Below, one piece after another: positions 28,812 through 39,800 of a DNA stretch of 64,000 nucleotides (positions are counted from its first letter, which is position 1; every line of letters starts with the position of its first letter). Source of the DNA: Escherichia phage vB_EcoP-ZQ2. A program made the translations under genes and the position numbers. The notes under the pieces are model-generated. The model had not been told where the DNA came from and did no database searches. It was given only the letters and a program-made list of their open reading frames with translations. The stretch is taken from sequence record NC_070874.1; one strand, 5' to 3'.

Positions 28812-28823
28812 TAGGAAACCATC

Positions 28824-30770
28824 ATGGCTCAGATTACATGGCGTAATGTTGATGCACCTAACTTTTCTGGAGTTGGTGACAGCATTCGCACATTTGGAAG
28901 CATGATTGGTAACGCCACCTCCGGCTTAAGTGATGCACTGGGTAACTTCCAGAACGCTGCCAAGCAGGAGGCTGGCAATGCCGTCATGATGAATGCTCTG
29001 CGGTATCAAGACCCTACTGAGTATCGTAATGCTTTGGCATCCGGTGCATTGTTTCAGGGGGTTGACCCTACACTGGTAAACCAACATACCCTCCAGAATC
29101 TGGATGAGCGAGCAGGTACTCTTCTGACTCAACAAGGTCAGCAAGGAACCAATGACTACAACGCTTATAACTTTGGTCGCTTAAAGGATGTTAACTCTGC
29201 ATTAGATAACGCATCCCCAGCTATTCGTTTACTGTCTGAGGCTTATCAGTCTGGTGACCAGAATCGTATTAATGCTGCATTGAGTCAGACTCGTGATGCA
29301 CTGTCTGCACTTCCTGCTGACCAACAACTGGATATGTTGGGTCGTCTACAAGGGCAAGGTGGTCAGGCTATTAACCAAGCACAGAACCGCTTTGATTTGG
29401 GCGTGGCTCAGCGTAATGATGCTGATTCACAAGCTGCATCCGGTATACTGACGGACATCTTCCGTAGTGCTTCCACTCCTATGGATGCACTTACACAGGC
29501 AGAGTCTGCTATGCAAAATGCTTCCCCTGGCGTACGTGCTGCAATTATGCGAGGTGTGAACGAGAGATTCCCAGGTACTTATGCCACGTCTGCTTCTGGC
29601 TCTGCTCCAGGAACTGCTGGTACTCGTTCTGGTTCTCCTTATGATGCAACCTATACCTTTGCTGCTACTGATAAGCCTATTACTGAAATGACACTGGGTG
29701 AGGTTACTAATCATCAACAGAGTATGATTAATAATCCATCACAAGGTCATTCCCCTGTAGGTGCGTTCCAGATTAATAAAGCTACTCTGGAAGACTATGC
29801 ACCTAAAGTACTTGGTTCAGACTGGCGTAATCAGCAAATGACTCCGGAAGTACAGGACAAAATCGCTGAAGCAATCTTCAATGACCGTAAGGGTGGTAAC
29901 CTTTCTAAGACTTGGGCTGCATTGCCTGACCTGGGTGTAGGTGGTTATAAGGATATGCCTTGGAGTGAGGCACGTCAGTTAATTGCACAAGCGGAGGTAG
30001 GAGCACCTCTTGATCAGCAACAGACCCAACAAGTAGTTTCAAAAATGGCAGGCAATACAGTTGCTGCACGTCAGTCTGAAGATAATACTGGAACCATTAC
30101 TGCTAACTATGCTCGTGCATTACGCGACAATTCTACTATTGGTGAAGTAGCAGATCGTCTTCTTAAGGATGCTTTTAAAGGTTCTGAGAAAGGATGGGTG
30201 ATTGCTCGACTGAATGATGTTATGCAGGAATCCGGGCAGTCTCCTGCCGTAGCTGCTGAGATTCTTAAGCAGTCTACTACTAACGTACCTGAAGGTATGA
30301 TTAGTCGAGCACTTGATGCACTTAACCCATTCATCTCTAATGAGGGTGGTGGTGGTATTCGTATTGATGATACCGTTGCCAGAGAACTAGCACGTTCAGT
30401 TCGTCGTGGGGAAGGTATTGAAGCTACTGCTCGTGATAATGTTCTTACACAGGTACAAGGTAATATTGAAAATGCTCAGAATCAGGTAAACCAGGCAGAA
30501 GCCTTGCTTATTGATACTCGCCGTCGTGTGGCTGCTGGGCAAAGAGGACTTGCTGCTACTATTCCTGCCCGTGAGGCTGAGTTAGTAAGAGCACGGGCTG
30601 CACTGGATGCTGCTGTTAATACTGTGGTAGCTAACCAGGGAAACCTGGTTCCACAGAACTTCCGTTCTAATGCTTCAGTAGAACGTGAGCGTAGTCGTGA
30701 AGACGAAGAACGGGCTAAACGTTATCGAAAATTAGCAGAGGGTTTACCTCCCTATATGCAACCTCGATAA
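28824..30770 (+). CDS. virion protein (648 aa), Q/A-rich coiled-coil; function unassigned
   Basis: ORF track; directly upstream of the virion RNAP gene; followed by a terminator. Confidence 0.55.
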   Translation: MAQITWRNVDAPNFSGVGDSIRTFGSMIGNATSGLSDALGNFQNAAKQEAGNAVMMNALRYQDPTEYRNALASGALFQGVDPTLVNQHTLQNLDERAGTLLTQQGQQGTNDYNAYNFGRLKDVNSALDNASPAIRLLSEAYQSGDQNRINAALSQTRDALSALPADQQLDMLGRLQGQGGQAINQAQNRFDLGVAQRNDADSQAASGILTDIFRSASTPMDALTQAESAMQNASPGVRAAIMRGVNERFPGTYATSASGSAPGTAGTRSGSPYDATYTFAATDKPITEMTLGEVTNHQQSMINNPSQGHSPVGAFQINKATLEDYAPKVLGSDWRNQQMTPEVQDKIAEAIFNDRKGGNLSKTWAALPDLGVGGYKDMPWSEARQLIAQAEVGAPLDQQQTQQVVSKMAGNTVAARQSEDNTGTITANYARALRDNSTIGEVADRLLKDAFKGSEKGWVIARLNDVMQESGQSPAVAAEILKQSTTNVPEGMISRALDALNPFISNEGGGGIRIDDTVARELARSVRRGEGIEATARDNVLTQVQGNIENAQNQVNQAEALLIDTRRRVAAGQRGLAATIPAREAELVRARAALDAAVNTVVANQGNLVPQNFRSNASVERERSREDEERAKRYRKLAEGLPPYMQPR

Positions 30771-30786
30771 AATCTTACATACTAAT

Positions 30787-30812
30787 AAAGCCCCATCCGG
30801 GGCTTTTCTCTT
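30787..30812 (+). terminator. rho-independent terminator
   Basis: AGCCCC-ATCC-GGGGCT followed by TTTCTCTTAC. Confidence 0.6.
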
Positions 30813-30855
30813 ACATTCACTTACTGTACAGTGAATCTTCTTATACGATATAAGT

Positions 30856-33800
30856 TTGAACAGGAATCATGCTATGTCAACATTTGACCGTCTGGCAGGT
30901 TTCGCAGACAGCATCACTACTGCTAAGCAAGTCGATGTCTCTACTGCAACCTCTCGGAAACAAGCTGAACAAGGGCAAAACCCTTTCCAATTAACCCCAC
31001 AGAACGCCTACCAGTTACAGGCAGGTCGTGCCGGTGATTTAGGTGCTGGTGCATTTGACCCAGGTTCTATTCAGGCAGATTTTACTAATGCCTCTCCTCT
31101 TGAAATCATAAACAAGTATGGCAATGAGCAAGGAATGGACATTCTTAATGCTCGTGTCAATGCAGCTAATGCTGTTCGTCGTGATTTAACTAAGAGTCGT
31201 ACATATGGTGAAGCACTTGGTGATACCCTTTCTGGTGTTGGTCTTGGTGTTGCTAATACCCTTGGGGGCATTGCTGCTCTTGGCACAGGCTTGGTCAATG
31301 ATAATGCCGGGGCATCCATTGCTTCCGGTCTTGACTGGTTGAACAAAGGTGTACACAACCTACAGTCTGATGCACTGAATGCTCGTCGTAATGTAGTACA
31401 GAACCAGAACGTAATATCTGCACAGGAAAACGAAAAACAATATAAGCAGGATATTGATAAAGGAGAAAGTGAACTCGTTGCTTCCTTGTCTCGTATTGGT
31501 CGGGATGCTTACGATTCAGTTGCTAATACTTTGTCCAATGGCATGGCTGCTACAGATGGTATTGCTGAAGGTGTTGGTTCACTGTTTACTGGTGGTCCAC
31601 TTATCCGTGGTGTATCTGCACTTGGTAAAGTAATGGTAGGTGGGGATAAAGCTGTTAAGGGTATTACCTTAGCTGCTGAATTAGGTTATCGTCCTGCACG
31701 TATTGCACAGACTGCTGGTCGTGTTGCTGCACCTGCTATAGCAATTGGTGGTATGGAAGCTGGTGGTGCATACCAACAGACTGCTAATGAAATTATGGAA
31801 ATGCCATTCAGTGAACTGGCTGCTAAATCTCCTGTATACCAACAACATATTAAAGATGGTTTAACTCCTGAAGAAGCACGACGTCAGACTGCATCTGAAA
31901 CAGGTATCACTGCTGCTGGCTTAACCGCCCCAGTTGCTGCTCTCACTGGTCCACTGGTATCCAAGTTTGAACTTAACCCACTTAAGGTAGGTTCACTGGC
32001 TGGTGCTGGTTCTAACATGCTACGTGAGACTGTGGAGGAAGGTATTCAATCCGGTTTCGGTCAATTCGCACAGAACAAAGCAATTCAGGGTAACGTGGAT
32101 GCTAATCGTGATTTGCTTAAAGGTGTAGGTGAACAAACTGGTCTAGGTGCATTGTATGGCTTTGGTTCTGCTGGGGTTGCTCAAGCTCCTGGTGTAACTG
32201 CTAAGACTGCCGTTGCTGCCGTTGGTCCTGCTGTACGTACTACCCTGGCTGGTGCTTCTCTGGCTGGTAAGGCACTAGCAAAAGTAGCTTCTCCTATTAC
32301 TAACATTCTGGTTCAGCGTGGAGAAGAAGTTGCTAAGCGAAATGAGCAAGCATCTCCTGTATCAGACGTTACGGTTAATGCTGCTGCACAAGAAGCTACT
32401 GCTCAGGCAGAACAGGCTCAAGCAACTGTTCAGGAAGCAGTAGATGCAATGGACATTTCTCCAGAAGAGAAAGCTGCTGCTACTCAGTATGCTGCTGACT
32501 TAACTCAGGCAATGAAGTTTGACCCAGTAGAACTGGAACAAGCTAGTCCAGCAATCCGTGAAGCTGTTTCTGGTTCCACTAACCGTGTTGAAGCTATTCA
32601 GAAGATGGCTGACCTGGTTAATACTGCCGAAGATCCTAACGTTCAAATGGAAGCTGCAATCCAGATGTATGACAACATCATGTCTATGGATAGCTTCATT
32701 AACCGTGACCCAGGTGCATTAGCTAATCTGGAACAGGGTTCTCCTGCTGCTAATATTGTTGACCAGTTCTCCGGTCTGATGGCTAACGTTCAGAATACAC
32801 CGAAGGTACTTCGTGCATTCCGTGCCATCCATTCCATGATTCAGGAACAGGCAGAAGCAGGTAAACTGAAGGCTACTGAAGAAGCTAACCAAGCCCAAGC
32901 AAACAACATTGCTATGGCTGCTGATATGTCTCCAGAAGTACTGGATGCTGATTCAGTGAACATGGTTCTGAAACACGCAAGTGAAGGTAAGATTACGCTG
33001 GGGAATCGTCAGCGTGCTGCCCTGCAATCTGCTGCTGCTCTATTGCAAGGAGCACGAGAATTTGATGCTAAAGCAGAAGAGCTAGGCTTACGTCCTCAAG
33101 ACATTGTTAGTAAACAAATTAAAACCGACGAATCTCGTTCTAATGAAGGCCAGTACTCTGCGTTGCAACATGCTAAACGCATTCGTTCTGCGTATAACTC
33201 TGGTAACTTCGATTTGGCTTCCGCTTATCTCGATGACTTTATGAAGTTCGCCCAGCACATGCAGAATAAGGTCGGAGCGTTGAATGAGCATTTGATTTCT
33301 GGGAATGCGGATAAGAATAAGTCTGTCCATTATCAGGCTCTTACTCCCTCCCGTGAATGGGTACGTAGTCGTACTGGCCTCGGTGTTAATCCGTATGATA
33401 CCAAGTCTGTTAAGTTTGCCCAGCAAGTAGGACTGGAAGCCAAGACCGTAGCTGATATTGCTAACGCACTTGCTACGGCTTACCCGGAGCTTAATGTTTC
33501 TCATGTGAAAGTTACCTCATTGGATTCACGTCTGGACAAGCCTGCTGCCCAGGTAGTTAAAGAGTTCCGTCAGGGCAATCTTGACGCTGCTCAATCCCAA
33601 CAGACTAATGAACCAGTGAATCAGGTTGATGAAACTCCTGTTACAAAACAGGAACCAGTTACCCCTACTGTACAGACTAAACCCTCTGTTAGTGAAGCTG
33701 TTAAAACAGAACCCACTATTAAAGAGTCTAAACCACAGTCTGTAAAAGAACCTGAGAACCAGTCTGAAAAACAGGATACCGTTGATCAGTCTACTGAATC

Positions 33801-36800
33801 TGAAAGGGATGCTTATGTAAAAGAGAATACTATTTCTCAAGATACTCTTAATAAGTATGGCGACCGTAAAGAGAGTCCATGGCTCTTTGCTGATGGTACT
33901 GTTGTTGGTTCTAATGGTGACCACATTAGCTTGTCCGATGTATTTGGACATGATGGTTATCGTGATATGTCACTAGATACAGGTGCTATTCGCTCTACCT
34001 TCTACAAAGGAAGCGAGCAACCATTTGTATCATTGCAACTGTTTGATAATCAGAAACTGACTACTGAACAGTTCAATACTGTTCAATCATTCGTAGAAGC
34101 AAACAATGCACTGATTCAGATTGGTGTAGATACATCTGGGCTTAATACCAATAACGTTGAGAAAGAAGAAGTATCACTGGCTCAATTGAAAGCAGACTAT
34201 ACCGTTGGTGGTAAACCTCTATCTCAAATGGAAACAGTGTTCCCTGTCTATAACAATGAAAAGACACCGAACCAGTTCCTTAAAGCATTCTCTCTACCGG
34301 AAGAACCTAAGTCCCGTACCATTGGTTCTGAATCTCCTTTGACTGATGTTAAGAAAGCACTGTCTTCTGTTGCTCGCTTTGAATCATTCACTCAAAAAGA
34401 AAATAACGCTCTCACAAGTGATGTGATTAAGCGTTACCAGGACTTATTTGATTTTGGTGAAACTCTGAAGACTACTCTGTCTGACCGTCTGGCTAAGTTC
34501 CTTGCTAACAAGAATGTTGGTAAACGTTTTGCAGAAGGTACTGAGGCTAACCGTTGGGTAGGTGGTAAATTACTTAACATCGTAGAGAAAGACGGAGATA
34601 CCTTTAAGTTCAATGACCAGTTGTTAGAGACTGCTGTACTTGCTGGTCTGCAATGGCGACTGACTGCTACACAGAATGCTGCCATTAAAGACATGCAGGA
34701 TGTGGCTGCAATTACTGGTGTAAATGCTTCCTTGTTACCAGAAGGTATCCTTGCAGAGTTTGAGAATGCTCAAACCTTAGTAGAAGCTACTAACTCACTG
34801 GCTCAAAAGATTGAATCTTATTGGGGTCTTAACCGCAATGCTGATGCACCTCTGGGCTATACCAAAGGTATCCCGATGGCAATGGCTACAGAGATTCTGT
34901 CTTCCCTTATTGAGATGGGTGAAGTTAAAGAGTCCATGTTGGATGTGTCTGAAATTGACTCAGAATCTAATAAGACCATTGGCCTGTATACCATTGAGAA
35001 GCTGGATGATACCGACGCCATTAACAAATTCCCTACTGCTATTGAGGAAGCTGTCCTCATAGAACCAGAAGAGAAACTGTACCTGGGTGATGACATTCCT
35101 TCCGTGGCTCCTACTCAGTTACGTAACCCAGCTGTTCGTAATACCCCAGAACAGAAAGCTGCTCTTAAAGCAGAACAGGCTACAGAGTTCTTTGTACATA
35201 CCCCAATGGTTCAGTTCTATGAGGCGTTAGGTAAAGACCGTATCCTCGAACTGATGGGTGCTGGTACTCTGAATAAAGAATTACTTAACGAGAACCACGC
35301 TAAATCGCTGGAAGGTAAGAACCGTTCAGTAGAAGACTCTTATAACCAATTGTTCTCTGTTATTGAACAGGTAAGAGCACAGAGTGAAGACATCTCTTCT
35401 GTGCCTATTCATTATGCATACAATATGACCCGTGTCGGTCGTATGCAGATGTTAGGTAAATATACCCCCCAATCAGCTAAGCTGGTTCGTGAGGCTATCT
35501 TACCTACCAAAGCTACCCTGGATTTATCGAACCAGAACAACGAGGACTTCTCGGGCTTCCAGCTTGGACTGGCTCAGGCATTGGGTATCAAAGTTCATAA
35601 AATGACTCGTGAAACTATGTCAGAAGAACTTACCAAAGCTCTGGAAGGTAAGCTGAAACCTGCTGTAGATATGATGGTTGAGTTTGATAAGTCTGGATAC
35701 TTACCTACTGATGCAGTGGATATCTTGAGAACATCTCTGGGTAATGATAAGTCCTTTGTAGCTCTCATGGCTCTTATGGAGTATGCCCGTTACCTTAACA
35801 GTGATGACCGTGCCAACTTTAATACTCCTCTGTACGTTGAAGCTGATGGTGTAACCAACGGACCAATCAACGCAATGGTATTAATGACAGGTGGTAAGTT
35901 CACTCCAAACTGGATTAAGAATACTGCCAAAGGTGGTTTGTTCTTCGGTAAAGCCGGTAAGACTATGAATGAGCATCATACTCAGGATGATAGTGTTGAC
36001 CTGTATGAAGCATCTACCAATAGTCTGCAATTCCATCTGAATGAATTACGTAATACTTATAGTAAGAATATTCCTGTTATAAACCAGATGGACCATCTCC
36101 AGAAGTTAATGGACCTGTTCATCAAAGACTTCAATCTTAATGAAGATGGTACTCTGGACCTGAAACGTGGTATCGCTAAAAACCCACTAACCATTACTAT
36201 CTATGGTTCTGGTGCTCGTGGTATTGCAGGCAAAATGGTAAGTGCAATTACTGATACCATCTACGAGCGTCTAAGCGACGTTCTGAAAGCCCGTGCTGCT
36301 GACCCTAACATTTCCCCAGCTATGGCGATGTTTGGTAAGGAGGCTGCGTCTGAAGCCGATGCTCAGGCTAAGCTGGATACTTTCCTTACTTCTATGAAAG
36401 AACTGACTGGCAAGATTCCAGCCAAACGTAAAGGTAGGTTATTTATTAAGGAAGTAGAAGGTGCTCTGACTGGCAAGTTAAATCCTCAGAAGTTTACCGT
36501 ATCAGGGGATGCTCTGAAGAACTTACAAGAGAATATGCTGCACTTCTTTGTTGAGCCAATGAGACAAGGTATTCGGTTTACTGTTGGTGAAGGATTAATG
36601 CACTCTACTGAGAACTTGCAGAAGGCTACCCAGATTCAATCTCTGGTATTGCAGGATATGTTCCAGCAAGCAGTACAGGCTAAGCTGGCAGAAAAAGAAA
36701 AAGACCCAACATGGAAGAAAGGTGATTTCTTAACACAGAAAGAACTGAATGAAATTCAGAATAGCTTAGCTCCTCTGGCTCCAATGATTAAAACTGGTTC

Positions 36801-39800
36801 GCAGACTTTCTACATTGCTGGTAGTGAGAATACTGATGTTGCTAACCAAGTATTGGCTACTAACTTAGATGACCGTATGCGTGTACCAATGAGCATCTAT
36901 GCTCCTTCGCAAGCAGGTGTTGCAGGTATTCCATTTATGACCATCGGTACTGGTGATGGCATGATGATGCAGACTCTTTCTACTATGAAAGGTGCTCCGA
37001 AGAATACCCTGAAAATCTTTGATGGTATGAACATTGGTATTAATGACATTACTGATGCAAGCCGTAAAGCTAATGAGGCTGTATATACTTCCTGGCAGGG
37101 TAACCCTATCAAGAATGTATATGAGTCTTTCTCTAAGTTTGTTAAGAATGTTGATTTAAATAAGCTGTCCGATTCAGCAATAGATGCTATTGCAAAGTCT
37201 GCTTTAGACTTTGAGCAGCGTGCTCATATTGCCAGGGTAGATGGTGATAGAGATTATAAAATTTCTATGATTAGAGATTCTGGTATTGCATTAATTGAGC
37301 GTAACCTACGTAACATTGCTTTGGGTGTAGATATTCGTCACAAGGTAATGGACCAGGTACAAGTCACTGTTGACCAGATGGCTGCTGTAGGTGCTCCTTA
37401 TGTGAACAACGGTAAAATCTCTCTGGAAGGTCTGACTATAGACCAGCAAGTAGCCAAGCTGAACGAACTGTTTGATGCTGAATTAAACAAGCGTCGTGAT
37501 GCAGTACGTGCTGCTAAAGCGGAACCAACGAAGGCAGAACCAGTGAAGGAAGTGCCGGTGAAAGTTGTACCAGCTATGGAGAAGGTAGGTCGTGTACTGA
37601 AGTCTGGTGTACGTCTGCTGTCTAATACTGCTATCACTAAGCTGGCTAAAGAAATGACCCCTGATCAGCAAGCAGTATTGAAAGAAATACAGAAATCCCT
37701 TGCTGCTAAAGACTATAAGGTTGTTTACGGTACACCTTCTCAACTGGATGCTTATGCCATTGAGAAGAATATTACTCGCCCAGCACCGGAAGATATTGAA
37801 GCTGCTGAAGCTGGTAATGCATACGGCTGGACTAACTTTGAAGATAAGACCATCTACTTAGTTACCCCTTCCTTAGAGACTCTGGTTCATGAATTAGTAC
37901 ATGCCTCTACTTTTGAATCTGTGCTGGCTCACTACGAGGGTACTCCTAATGAAGCAGTCCAGAATATTGAAGACTTGATGAACCAGTTCCTTACTCTGGA
38001 TGTTAAGGATGAATCTCCGGCAGTACGTGAAGCGTATGCCGATGCACTGAATACCATTAATGGTCACCTGTCTAATGGCTTCATTGAACCAGCAATGGCT
38101 AAAGCTGCTGCTCTGAATGAGTACATGGCTTGGGGTTTAACCAACCGTGAACTTATTAGTAAGCAGAAGAAAACCACTGCACTTAAAACTATGGTTCAGG
38201 CTGTATATGAAGCAATCAAACGTCTGGTATTTGGGCGTAAGAAAGCTCCAGCTAATGCAGATGATATGTTCTCAGGCTTACTGTTTAACTCTGCTGTAGT
38301 AATGCGTGGGCAGGCTCCTACTGCTGCTGTAGCTAAAGACACTACTCTGTTCCATAACAAAGCATACGGTAACAATACTCGTCTGGAAGAGTTAGGTAAG
38401 ACCTTCGATAAACTAATTACTGACTACATTGGTTCAGAACCAGTACAGCAAGTAATTCGTAAAGGTAAGTTCTCTGATGCAGTAGTGAATGCAACTAAAG
38501 TAACTCGTGATGTTCAGGCTCATGGCTTCACCATGAATATGCAGGAACAGCGTCTATTTACTAACATTGTTGCTGCACTTGCTACTGAGGCTGCTATTAA
38601 CCCAGCAGCCATGGCTCGTGCACAGGAATACTACACGCATGTTACTAAGAACTTGACCGTTGAAGCGTTCATGGCTGACCCAGATAGTACTAACCCTGCT
38701 GACCGTTACTATGCACAACAGAAGTTCGACACCATCATGGGTGCTAACAACATTGAGTTTGATGCACAAGGTCGTTCTTCCTTACTGCCTACCTTTGTTG
38801 GTCTGGCAATGGTAAGTGAAGAGGTACGTAAGGTACTGGCTGATATTCCTGTTATGAAAGCAGATAAGAAATCAGGTAATACTGTTGACGCAATGCTGAC
38901 TAACATCGGTACTGCTGCAATGGTTAGTCTGAATGCTCGTGTAGCAGGTGATACTAAAGCCACTAACGTGCGGGAAGGTATGGATGCACTGGCTCAGACA
39001 ATTATGGAGACTAGCCTTAATGCACAATCTTTCTATGATTCCGTTGCTACCCCTACTGGTAATGCTATCGACCGTGCTAACCAATATCTGGTGGATTCTA
39101 TTGATGTACTGTCTACTCGTACTTTGGAAGGTGCTCGTGAAGTTGCAGCTAATACCAAGAACCCACTAGTTAAAGGTGCTGCTCATGCTGCACAATTGGT
39201 AGCTGCTATTGCTACAGAGAAAAATGGTGCAATTGTAGCTGAGGGTGTTATGGCTGCAATGAACCAGGGTAAAGTATGGCAACCGTTCCATGACCTGGTT
39301 AATGACATAATCGGTCGTACTAAGAGCAATGCTTCTGTATACGATTTGATTAAAGCAGTACGTGCACAGGTGCAAGCTGACCGTCAACAGTTCCGTGAGC
39401 ATTTGCCTACCACTATCGCATCTAAGTTCAGCCGTAAGCTGACTAATGATGAGTGGAAAGCAATGCATACCGGTATGGGTAAAACTGACTTAGCTGTTCT
39501 TCGTGACACTATGTCTCTGGCTGAAATCCGTGACCTGTTGACTGACCAGAAGATTGTTGACCGTGAGGTTAATAAACTGGAAGCAGATTTGCAGAAGCAA
39601 GCCGGACGTAACTGGCCTCTGATTAGTCGTAAGTCTAAGCAACTGGCTCAGTACATGATTAATGGTACAGTCGGTAATAACCTGCTGCGTAATGCTACTG
39701 CAATTTCTCGTTTACTGGGTGAACGTAAGACTACACGTTCTGTTGTAGATGTAGCACAACTGGATAAATTGATTACCCTGTATGCACTGGAAGCAATGAA